A stretch of DNA of 58,392 bases from a virus. Its lineage: Duplodnaviria; Caudoviricetes. The notes beneath the pieces were generated by a model. That model was not told the origin of the DNA. It searched no databases and saw nothing but the letters and a program-made list of their open reading frames with translations. The position numbers and the translations under genes were made by a program. The stretch is taken from the IMG/VR virus record IMGVR_UViG_3300021427_000036, positions 1 through 58,392 of that record; one strand, 5' to 3'. This document shows, piece after piece, positions 28,579 to 38,234 of this stretch (position 1 is its first letter; each line of letters begins with the position of its first letter).

Positions 28579-29514
28579 TCACCTCCTCGGCTTAAATCGG
28601 ATCCAGGCAATTCCGTTGACGCAGATCCAAATTCGCCCGTCGTCGTGGGTTTGAATGCCCACGTCGCAGTCTAGTTGGTTGACCCCGTCAACGAAGTCCT
28701 GGTTTTCGATGGACAGGAAACCCTGTTGATGGGTCTCCGGAATGATCGGTAGTGCCATGTCAGCCCCTCAAGTATTCCCAGAATGCGGGGTCAGTGTGGC
28801 CCATGCCGCCAATGGATTCGACGGCATCGGTTGTTTGCTTGACGCGGTCGACGGCTTCATGGATGCCGTAGCCCTTGTCGAGTTCTTCATCGAACTTCTC
28901 GGACAAGTATTGCTCTCGTTCGGTCAGTTCGACGGTTCGGTCGTCAATTCGTTTCATCGTTCACCTCCTTTTTGGAGAGTTCGAGGTGTCGTTCGAGGAT
29001 ATTCCGGAACTCATTGGCATGTCGATTGGCGAGTTCCTGCATCGCTCGCCACTTAGCTCGATTATAAGCCTTGTGATAGAGCCTGACCTTTCGGCCATAC
29101 TCGGCATCATCAGAGGTCATCATCAGCCCTCGGCGAGTCGCACGAAGAATTCCCGGCAATCCGGGCATCGTGCGTATTGGAAGGTGTCGGAATTGATCAC
29201 CTCGTCAACGTCAGCTGAGTCGACCTGAGGAAAATTCTGGTCGAGCATGGCAACCAGCTGAGCGCGGTGGATCAGCTTGTCAGCAGAGTCGAGCAGCATG
29301 AGATTTTCGTGGGTGCAGGTCATTTCACCTCCCTTCGTCGGGGAGGAGTCCAGGTTTTGGGGGTGGCATAGACGCATTCACCCTTGACCCCGTGGACCCC
29401 CATAGGGACCCAGGCGTCATGCGAGTACTCAGTCTTGTAGACGCAGCCATCTCGCATCTCGGTGATGATCCATACCTCCCGCAATACCTCATATTCCGGA
29501 TCAGTGTTCATCAT
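28579..29514 (-). CDS. Small early ORFs (29514-29320, ~29323-29123, ~29123-28944, 28957-28760, 28758-28579)
   Basis: Coupled ORFs behind the promoter at 29521-29554; GGAGGTGA SDs. Confidence 0.55.
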
Positions 29515-29520
29515 GCATCC

Positions 29521-29554
29521 ATCATATCATATCCCCGAACTTGAATCACCGTCC
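29521..29554 (-). promoter_or_regulatory. Early-family leaderless promoter
   Basis: GGACGGTGATT-N17-TATGAT-N6-ATGATG; shares TCACCGTCCATAGTCCTT with the 23.6 kb promoter. Confidence 0.75.
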
Positions 29555-29876
29555 ATAGTCCTTCATTGTTCCAACTCTTCGCCGCTCGTCGATCCGTGGG
29601 CATCTCTCGTTCGATCATGCGATCATCACGCAGCGCATCATCTCGGAGGTCCTTACGGATCATTTGGGAACACTCTCAGGTCATTCTGGTCATTGCGATC
29701 GCATCATCACGCAAGGTAAACTGGTCAGCGTGTCCTCAGGAGAACCATCATAAGCTCTCCGAGCCGCTGATGTATAGCTAGCATAGCTAGCAATTCAGCA
29801 TGTTCTGGATCAGCTCCACATTGGTCCCGTAGCCTTGTTTCCTTTTCCTTGAGTCTGGCCTCAATGGACGGCAAGT

Positions 29877-32793
29877 TCAAGGGCATGGCTCGAATACCTC
29901 CTCGTAGTAAGCGGTTTGGTCATCTCGTTCGATATTGTCCCAAGTCACTTGGACTCTGTGCGACTTGTACTTCCAGTCCGAGGATTTGATGACTTCAACA
30001 ACCATTGCCCTATTCCCTCGGAAATCGACGACCCGGTCGCCGACTTGGAAACGTGGTTTGGCTTTTCGGACATATCTCACAAAATTTTTCCCCGTTTTAG
30101 CTCTGTTTCACTTTGGGACTTTCCCAAAATCGACGATGGGCTGCCACAACCCGACTTCGGCAACGTGAGTCTCAGCCTTCTCGTATGAGTGACTATTGTT
30201 CTCACAATACTCACGAGTTCCCTTGAACAAGGCCTCCTGCAACGTAGGAGCTTCGATCTTGTAAGTCGATGTTCGTTGAGCTTCGTTCTCGAAGTGGATG
30301 TACCAGGTTCTCAACTCAACTCCTTCTTGGCTTGTTCACGTTCTTCTAAGGTAGGTCCCCAACAAGGCCCATCATAGCCTTCCGGATGTCCATGCTCGTG
30401 GTGTATTTCCCACGCTCGCTTCCAGATATCAGCTTTCTTCGGTGTGTGACGGGTAGTCACGGTTCGCAGGCCTCTCTCAATCCCTGATAGGCACCCATCG
30501 AGATGATGTAGCCGAGTCGCTTGCCAAAGTCTTTCTCAGCCTGTAGGCGAGCAGCTCCAGCATCGGATCCCTTCTGGTAATAGTGCCCGCCCTCGCACTC
30601 CCACACTTCTTCGCAACTTGGAAGGTTAGGGTTAGAGGTGACTCCGTCCCAGAATATGTTCCAGGTCACCCAGTCCGTCTCGGTTTCGGCGAGACAGATG
30701 CCGTGAGGCTTCATTCCCTGCGTATACTGGACGACGAAGACGACCTCTAGTCGTGCCCCGTTGGATAGCTTCATGTGTTGATGCCCTCCTTGATATTCTG
30801 TCGTTGTTGCGAGCGGTATTGATGGATCTCCATCAGTCGATAGTCGGAAGATGTGATCTGGATTTCTCGGTAGTCACGGGGATACTTGTAGTATCGAGCA
30901 GCGACTGCCCCGAGTCGGTCAACAATCGTGATCCGGACTGTTGAGCAGATGGCGCACATGTGCCAGGTCGGTGTGCCGAAACTGGAGGCGCGTTGTACAT
31001 CAGTGAGGAACCAGTCATGTCGCCTGGTCCCCTTGCACTGATGGTATTGGTGTGGCTTGCGTCGTGTCATCAGTCCTTCAGAATCCTTCCCAGCATCTCG
31101 TTCTGCTTCTCGGTTAGGAAGGTGTCGGGATCTTCACCTTCATGGGTAACGAGCTGTCGGATGATGTCGCACAAGGTATCACAGATACCCTGGTCAGCAG
31201 CATAGAAGGGGACTATTTGTCCCATGATTTCTCCTCTTCTGGGTATTCATACACCCCATCAGGTGTACGATGTCGAGTCCAGCCATCAGGTACATCAGGC
31301 CAGCTAAGAAAGGCGGCGACCGCCGCAAGAAGATCGGGCATTCAATAGAACTCCCCGGAAGGATGCCCGTCGCTATCAGCTACGGCAATACGAGCTCTAC
31401 CGAAGGTTAGGGGCATCACGACCAAGAACCCATCACCCAGGGGTCGACCGAAGAGGTAACCCCACTCTGGCTTAAGCTCTTGAGTCATTCATCATCCTCT
31501 GGATCGTCCTCGTCCTCGTCGAAGTCATCGAACTCATCGGGATCTTCCACATACTCATCCCAATGTTCCATGTCGTACCGGTTTTCTTGGTACCACATAG
31601 CATGAGCATCCTCGTTCCAGTGCGCGTAGTCACTGACAGGTGGGATGAAGTCTCCCCGCTTAGCCATCACAGCCTCCTTGTATCGTCTGGGATGATCAAT
31701 CGTTTGTTAGTCAAACCTTGTGAGAAGGGGTAGCCCTCGGTGATCAAGTGCTCCTCGCACATATTGGCCCAGGGTCCCAACTTAGTTTTGCCGTCGTATA
31801 GAGCAGGTCTCTTGACCCCCATCTCCATACCGCAGAAGTCGCAATCAGGAAGTTCCCCGTGCCAGGGGATTGGGCTAGCCATTGCGCTGCTCCTTCCTGG
31901 CTTCTCGGACTTTGAAGAGGTCGTGTTCCTGGCGCAGAGTCGTGCGTCGAGGAGGCTTGGACGGATTTTGTTCGCGTTCTCTCATCATCAGAAAGATAGC
32001 GATCCGTCGCCTGCGTTCGGCCTCAGTTTCTTTGTCACGATCGCGTTTCACGGTTCACCTTGTCGAAGAGAGATTGGGCAGCAGTAGCTCCGAACTGAGC
32101 CTCAATGCAAGTATCGAGCCACTCTTCTGTGGCGATCTGCAGAGCCTCAACTTCAGCCTCATTCAGATCCAGCGTAACGATCATCCCCGCTCCCACACCA
32201 TCGCTTGGTAGCTGCAAGCAGCGAAGATAGTGGGGAGATCGATGCCTTCGTAGGCAGGATCGTTGGCGATGTTGAGGAATGTTCGCAATGCCATGTCAAG
32301 CATGCGATAGTTGGGAGGTCCATCGTCATCGTAGTCGAGCATGTCAGCGAGAGTTTGGATCGCATCCAGATCAGGGGCTCGGTCGATGGTGATTTCGGAT
32401 AGCACCAGTCGGTGCGGCCCGAAGGGTGGATCGTCAGCTTGGTAGGGGAAGCTGTTGCGATCGCAGGGATCGTAGCCAAGGTCACTCATTGGCAGCGTCA
32501 CCCTCGTCAGCGAAGAGTGCATCCCAGCACTGGGGATGAATCCCAGTCATCAGCACCTCGCGTTGTGCAGGAGTGAGCTTGGGGAAGGCATTTTGGATGT
32601 TCCCAGCAGTACCAGCAACGAAGTAATGGTAATACTCGGAACCGTCGAGGATCACTGGGCGAAATTCGCCGCAGTATGGGCAAGCGGGGATCAGCTGGTG
32701 TCGAGCTTCGACAGTGTATGGGTTGTTGGACCCATGCGAGAAGTCGAATACGAGAGGCAGCGTCACCCCCTGTGTGGTGTCATCATTCATCAT
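29877..32793 (-). CDS. Operon of about ten small hypothetical ORFs, several Cys-rich (e.g. 32482-32793, 31667-31882, 30771-31070, 30457-30774, 30108-30314, 29877-30080)
   Basis: Coupled minus-strand ORFs starting at the leaderless promoter 32800-32832. Confidence 0.6.
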
Positions 32794-32799
32794 ACTTCC

Positions 32800-32832
32800 A
32801 TCATATCAAATCTCGTTATCCGTGTCACCGTT
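32800..32832 (-). promoter_or_regulatory. Early-family leaderless promoter
   Basis: AACGGTGACA-N17-TATGAT-N6-ATGATG. Confidence 0.78.
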
Positions 32833-33123
32833 CTCGTTCCTCCCTTGTTCCTGCGTTTTTCTCAGGCGAGACCTCAAACGTAGCGACTGTCGTTTAGTGT
32901 AGCGCAACTCGAAGTTGAGAGGACAGTTGATGAAGTCAGATCGTTCCAGTCGACGACCTAGTCGCTCTTCCACACAACCGATGCAAAGCATGTGAGCCCA
33001 CCCTGTTCTCTCGAGCATGTCATCCCAGAGATAGAACTGAAGCATATATAGCTCACCCATCATGTAGGTGTCGTGTCCGCAGTCCTGGCACATCCGTACT
33101 TCATTCTGAGTATACCAGGTCAT
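32806..33123 (-). CDS. Hypothetical Zn-binding protein
   Basis: CQDC...LCIGCVEERLGRRL; SD AAGGAGG. Confidence 0.7.
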   Translation of the reverse strand: MTWYTQNEVRMCQDCGHDTYMMGELYMLQFYLWDDMLERTGWAHMLCIGCVEERLGRRLERSDFINCPLNFELRYTKRQSLRLRSRLRKTQEQGRNENGDTDNEI

Positions 33124-33139
33124 CTCACCTCCTTACACA

Positions 33140-33600
33140 CGAAAGGAGCAGGGCAGTCTGCAGCTCAGACCACCCCGCTCAACCTCCGCCATGGCACAGT
33201 TGGTGTGGTTAATCCCTGTTCCCTTCATCCACACCCCCAGCGGGTCTCTCGCAAGACATTGGGACTCTGATGATGACCGGGCCATGTTAGTGGATGGCAG
33301 GGAGTGGTCAAACCTACGCTCCCCACCATCCGACCATTTGGGTTGAGGATGTGAGGAGAGGTGGCACAAGCAAGCGACACATCCCCACCCTTTACCCTTG
33401 TCCCAGCGTTAGAGGGCACTCTAACCGTGCCTTTCTGGAGTAGGCCAATGGCTTGGCCTTATTGATCATCCGGCATGGGATACACTTCGCTTCTGGTACT
33501 TAGGTCGTACCCTAAGACCTCCTTCACTTTCTCTCCCTTCGCTTGGTCGACTCTTGCAGGGCATGCCGGTGCCCCCTGCTGGGTGTCTAGCCAGCAGATC
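33140..33600 (-). ncRNA. Candidate large structured non-coding RNA
   Basis: At least nine consecutive or nested helices; mismatches in three long stems resolve as G-U only on the minus strand. Confidence 0.6.
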
Positions 33601-33766
33601 ATTCCCCCACGGTGTAGCTGGCGAAGCTCGTCACTACAGCCTTGGGTTCGTCGAGGGAAACCTCGATGTCGATCAAGGGATGGTCCTCGTCGTCGACGAC
33701 TTCCAGTGCCCCCTGACCGGCACGTCGGATTTCTGTGAGCTGGTCGATCAGATCGTCGACGGTCAT
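33599..33766 (-). CDS. 55-aa protein MTVDDLIDQL... (not in ORF track)
   Basis: ATGA overlap with upstream stop; N-terminus resembles TVGDLIDEL of 35645-35944. Confidence 0.6.
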   Translation of the reverse strand: MTVDDLIDQLTEIRRAGQGALEVVDDEDHPLIDIEVSLDEPKAVVTSFASYTVGE

Positions 33767-34197
33767 TCGAAGTCCAGGTCTTCCAGTTCATCGAGTTCTT
33801 CGATTGCCTCCAGCTCGTCATTGTCGAGCTCGGCGATGTCGTCGATGTCGTCGATGGGTGGTGCCTGCTTCTTCTTGGTCTCGGAGCGGGAGCCCTTTGC
33901 CCAAGTCTTGAACTCGGCTTCGAGTTCGTCGAGGTTGTCGGGGGAAATCTTCCACCGCTTCCCTTGACCTACCTTGCCGAATTTCTTCCGAAGAAACTTG
34001 CGGAAGGTGCGCTGGTCGGTGCCGAACTTTGCGGCAACTGCCTTGGCAGTGAACCCTTCGACCGAGGATTCCGAATCGTCCGAGTCATCCGGGTCATCCC
34101 CGAGTTCCTCAACCTCTTCATCCTCGACCTCGAGTTCCTCGACGTCAGCGTCTTCCAGTTCTTCGATGACCTCAGGTGCCTTCCTGCGGGCCATCAT
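33763..34197 (-). CDS. Acidic winged-HTH-like protein
   Basis: FTAKAVAAKFGTDQRTFRKFLR...GQGKRWKI flanked by D/E tracts; promoter TTGACA-N17-TACGAT at 34254-34282. Confidence 0.75.
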   Translation of the reverse strand: MMARRKAPEVIEELEDADVEELEVEDEEVEELGDDPDDSDDSESSVEGFTAKAVAAKFGTDQRTFRKFLRKKFGKVGQGKRWKISPDNLDELEAEFKTWAKGSRSETKKKQAPPIDDIDDIAELDNDELEAIEELDELEDLDFE

Positions 34198-34298
34198 ACC
34201 CCTTTCTTGGTTTCTGTTGTCGGTGAGGAGTCTTCCCCTCATTTGATATTACCATCGTATCAAATCTCGATACCGATGTCAACGATTTGCGGAACGAA

Positions 34299-34745
34299 TC
34301 AGTCTTCGTCCTCGTCGTCGATCTCTTCCTCGTACTCCTCGTCGTCGCCGATGTCGGCTGCGTCGTCGGTGTTCTTGAGGGTTTGGATCCCTTCGTCCAG
34401 CTTCACCAAGTGGATGAAGGGGACGAGAAGTCGGGTGGTGTGACCGTCAGCAGGCGGTCGGCCCCGATGTGTGGGGAGTGAGTCAAGGTCAACGACTGCG
34501 GCACCTTGTTCCGGCTTCATCTGCTTGATGGTCGCTGAGCAGCCCTCAAGATAGCGGGGTGTGACCTTGTTGGTCAGCATGACCCGGTCGCCCTTCTTGA
34601 GTTCGCGTTGCAACCGTCGAGCAGCTCTCCGGTGGGTGATGTCGCGTCGTGACTGTACAGCCTTGGCGATTTCTTCGAGGCCGGCATCGTATTCACCGTC
34701 GTCGATATCGTCGCAAAGCTGCAACCAGTCAGTTGCGGTAACCAT
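34299..34745 (-). CDS. Hypothetical protein with SH3/KOW-like core and acidic tail
   Basis: LKKGDRVML...; SD GAAAGGA; promoter GGACGGTTACA-N17-TATCAT at 34799-34832. Confidence 0.7.
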   Translation of the reverse strand: MVTATDWLQLCDDIDDGEYDAGLEEIAKAVQSRRDITHRRAARRLQRELKKGDRVMLTNKVTPRYLEGCSATIKQMKPEQGAAVVDLDSLPTHRGRPPADGHTTRLLVPFIHLVKLDEGIQTLKNTDDAADIGDDEEYEEEIDDEDED

Positions 34746-35154
34746 AGCTTTGCTTCCTTTCTCCAGTCATCATATATCGCGTCGTGCGATATGATTCCAT
34801 GATATCAAATCCGCGAAACTTTGTAACCGTCCGGGGACCTCCTTAGAACCATTTTGTAACTCGCCGAAACTCGAACCTCCCCGGTCTCCCCGGTCTCAAT
34901 GAGTCTGGTCACAGTCTCATCGCGTCTACCATCAACATCAGACGAGATCAGATCTGAAACTCCCATTTAGAACACAAGTCCCCTCGACTTGGCTTCGGCG
35001 GGCACGAAATCCAAAGTCATTCTAGTCCTATACACGCGTCACGAGCAGCACGGGTGGGACGTTCCCCGCTCACCCTCGAGCCAGCGTCGGCAGCGTTCGT
35101 CATACGCGGTACACCCGCACGCACACTCATCGTCAGCGATTCGTCCGCTACCAT

Positions 35155-35944
35155 CTATGGCAACAAGCGGTCCACACGGAGGGGCCACACCCCGACGATT
35201 GGGAACGAGGGCAGGAACTCCATTCTCACTCCGCATATCTGACATCTCATCGCTCCTTCCGAGATGAAGTTTCTCAGGTTTGGGTGGCGGCGATAGAAAT
35301 AAAACACCGTGGGTCTGCGGCAGTAGGCACACCATATATGCCCTTCCGGTATAGGATTCCACACCTTCTTCTTACCGACCCTGACGACAGGTGGCTTGAA
35401 AGCCTGAGGCTTGCAGTGTATTGCCATGTCCCAGTATTCTGGGAGCTTTAGCTTGACCGCGGCAAAAGCCTGAGCATACGTGGGGAAGTCTTTTCGGAAC
35501 CACTTCCCATGTCGCTCCTTCTGCACGAACAATCGCCAGGGAGGATTGGTGTGGACTACCCGAATCGTTGGCTGCTTTGTAAACCACTTACGGTAGTACA
35601 TGTCGTCGTTGAGCAGTGTTCGCAGCCGAATTTGTTCTGCGTAGTCACCCAGTTCCGTCAACGGGGCCACCCTGTAAGTGTCTTTCCTCACTGTAGTCAT
35701 CCAGTTCAACGGCGATGTAGATGATATCGTCGATGTTCGTGACGGTTCCATCTCCCTCAAGTGGATGGCATTCCACCGATGTATGGTGAGTCCAGTCAGG
35801 AATCCCGTTAGTAAACCGGATTTCAAACTCCTCCGGATACTTGATGACGGCAATCATCACTGGTAAGTCGCGGTCTCTTTTCTCTAGCTCGTCAATCAGG
35901 TCCCCTACTGTGAACAATCCTTCCATGATCTGTCCTTTGTTCAT
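35155..35944 (-). CDS. Two hypothetical ORFs (35944-35645 and ~35670-35155 with CAYC/CQIC zinc finger)
   Basis: Overlapping ORFs after a TTGCCA-N18-TATGAT promoter. Confidence 0.6.
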
Positions 35945-36118
35945 ATGCCCCTTTCGATTCGATCAACAATAGAATCATATCATAACTCATTACCTTCTGG
36001 CAATTACTGAAGGTTCTTGAGTTCTGATCGCGTGACGATTCGATCGTGCGATCCCGAATCGCGTGAGAGTGTACCTATTTAATCCGTATTGATTCCGGCG
36101 TATCGACTGACATGATCA

Positions 36119-36433
36119 TCACTCATCATGTGAGGATCGATCCCTGGCAACTTTCTCGAGCGCAGCGACGGCCTCCATAACCGTACACACAACTTGAGCA
36201 TGGCCACCAGCCATTCGGATTTTCCGCATCACTCGTTTCTGAGCAAGCGAAACATTCTTACGGCTTTCAGGCAACTTGGTCTCGAAGGCGAAGAATCGAC
36301 CTCTGTAGCATCCGATCAGATCGGGGAGTCCAACGAGCATGTACTCGTTACCCCAGACCTTGAATACGAATGCTCCCTCTGCTCTGAGGGCCACGGCTAT
36401 GCGTTTGCTCAACCCAGATTCTCGCTGGGTCAT
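36119..36433 (-). CDS. VRR-NUC nuclease / resolvase
   Basis: GLPDLIG...FAFETK...SLAQ PD-(D/E)XK pattern. Confidence 0.85.
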   Translation of the reverse strand: MTQRESGLSKRIAVALRAEGAFVFKVWGNEYMLVGLPDLIGCYRGRFFAFETKLPESRKNVSLAQKRVMRKIRMAGGHAQVVCTVMEAVAALEKVARDRSSHDE

Positions 36434-36609
36434 TCGTCGTCGCCTTCATCCTCCATGTCAGCCTTGATGCCAGCGAGTCGAGCCTGGAGGTTGGTCTCGA
36501 GGTCTTCCAGGACTTCGATAGCTCGTTCTTGGGTCATGGGAGGTTCGATGAGGTTGTCCACCATCTCCATGATTTCCTCGATCTTGTCCTCTATCTGAGC
36601 TTCAGTCAT
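36430..36609 (-). CDS. 59-aa acidic helical protein (not in ORF track)
   Basis: MTEAQIEDKIEEIMEM...DEGDDE; SD GAGG; ATGA overlap. Confidence 0.6.
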   Translation of the reverse strand: MTEAQIEDKIEEIMEMVDNLIEPPMTQERAIEVLEDLETNLQARLAGIKADMEDEGDDE

Positions 36610-36720
36610 TGCTTCCTCTCTATAGCAGTATGGCCCAGGCTACGACAGCTATGAGGCCTGTGAATAAGGCCACCATAAACCAACGCATGTCTAGGTCGGG
36701 GTCTAGTTTCGGTTTTCCAT

Positions 36721-37356
36721 TCAATGCCACGGTGTGAATCCTGAGATGTTGAAGAGAACTTTGGTTACGCACGCCTGCTTTTGCTTCTCGAGTGGATCGT
36801 CTGAGTTTATGTCATTAGCTCCAGTCACTTGGCATCCCTCAATGATCCACGGTCGGTAAGCAGACTGCGGAGAGAGATGACTGCTGATGTAGTTTTGCCA
36901 GTATCCATAACAACAGAACGTTCGTACGTCATTATGACACCCACTTTCTCGATACCCCAACGCATCGAACTGACTGGGCAGCCCTGCTTGCTGCCTGTAC
37001 CATGACATCTCGTCACAGTTACTAAGACCTTCTGGAGCAAACGGTAAACCGTTAAGCCCCGCTGCGACCGGTGGTGTGGGAGGCTGAGTCAACTGTATCT
37101 GATCGCCTCGCTCAGCCAGTGTGGCCAATGTAGCTGGCCCAACTATTCCATCGACGAGAAGATCATTGGCTCGCTGCCAGTGTCGAACTGCTCGCTCAGT
37201 TTGTGGGCCGAAGAATCCATCAACCGTGATCGAGTATCCGTACTCCTTGAGTTGAAGTTGGATCACGGTTACATCAGGGCCACGATCCCCTCGTTCTGTT
37301 GCACCCGCATGAGCAGGTATGAGTATGAGTATGACGACTAACAGAAATGCTCTCAT
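36721..37356 (-). CDS. Secreted peptidoglycan-binding protein with lysozyme-like (SLT) domain
   Basis: Signal peptide; DGFFGPQT...WQ...DGIVGPAT PG-binding motif; YRESGC and CYGYWQ. Confidence 0.75.
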   Translation of the reverse strand: MRAFLLVVILILIPAHAGATERGDRGPDVTVIQLQLKEYGYSITVDGFFGPQTERAVRHWQRANDLLVDGIVGPATLATLAERGDQIQLTQPPTPPVAAGLNGLPFAPEGLSNCDEMSWYRQQAGLPSQFDALGYRESGCHNDVRTFCCYGYWQNYISSHLSPQSAYRPWIIEGCQVTGANDINSDDPLEKQKQACVTKVLFNISGFTPWH

Positions 37357-37357
37357 A

Positions 37358-37624
37358 TCACTCCTCTATGTCGTCGCAGTCAAGGGCAATAGTTTGCTCT
37401 GAGTCACCTGTGACCACGGTGCAGCCACGACCCCAGTTGTCCTTGAATGTAGTGACGGTGTATAGATAGTTCTTGCGACCATTCGCCGAGTCCTTCTTGA
37501 AGAACTCGATGTATTCGTTGCGGTCACCGCGTAACACCCTGTCATTGCTCGAGTCATCAGCGCTGTATGCCACACCCCCCGTTGAAACCACGGTGAAGAT
37601 GGCTAAGATGATGAAGGCTCTCAT
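37358..37624 (-). CDS. Small secreted protein
   Basis: Signal peptide; C-terminal Cys pair. Confidence 0.65.
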   Translation of the reverse strand: MRAFIILAIFTVVSTGGVAYSADDSSNDRVLRGDRNEYIEFFKKDSANGRKNYLYTVTTFKDNWGRGCTVVTGDSEQTIALDCDDIEE

Positions 37625-38234
37625 GACGTCTTCCTCAACATCAATAGATCCTGGTGCATTCGTGCTCCTAGAGTGACCAGCGTGGCGCGGTGACGAGCAA
37701 TTTCATGAGCCATAAATGGCTTTACTATGTCCCCAACAAGTGGAGCAGTCTTAGCATGTTCGGCATATCTATCTAAGTCAGCAATGAAGTCAGCCATGGC
37801 TGCGATTTCATTCTCCAACTTAGCAAGTCGTTGTTGTCGAGCTCGTCCTTCGTTCGGCAATGGATCATCAGTTCCATCACGTAGATCAAGCAACCTCTTG
37901 GGTAGTTCCGGTGTGCTGTTCACGTTCCTCCCTTCGTAGTGCTTCCATTCTCCTAGCACAGTAGTCATCGCAGTACTTGCGTCGAGTTCTCCCTCCATGC
38001 TTGTGTCGTACGCATTCCACCGGAGCTCCGCAATATTCACAGTCGATCCAGTAGTTTGGTCGTATGATTTTGGTACTCATCTCACCTCCTCAACAGAAGA
38101 AGGGCCTGGCTGAAGGAGAAAGGGGCATCCTAAAGCCTCCAACCAGGCCCCATAAACGGTGATGGGCGGCGACGCAACCCCCGATCTTGAGCGTCCCATG
38201 CCATTACTCCGTCGGGTAGCGGACCCATCGTGGA

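Noticed and set aside
33262-33315. Hammerhead ribozyme on plus (CTGATGA followed by a TGACC/GGTCA stem)
   Set aside because: The required GAAA after stem II is missing (reads AAAC) and G-U polarity favours a minus-strand RNA
33459-33821. 120-aa ORF from the track
   Set aside because: Its 5' part overlaps two better ORFs in other frames; only a 47-aa tail from 33602 remains possible and it lies within the structured RNA candidate
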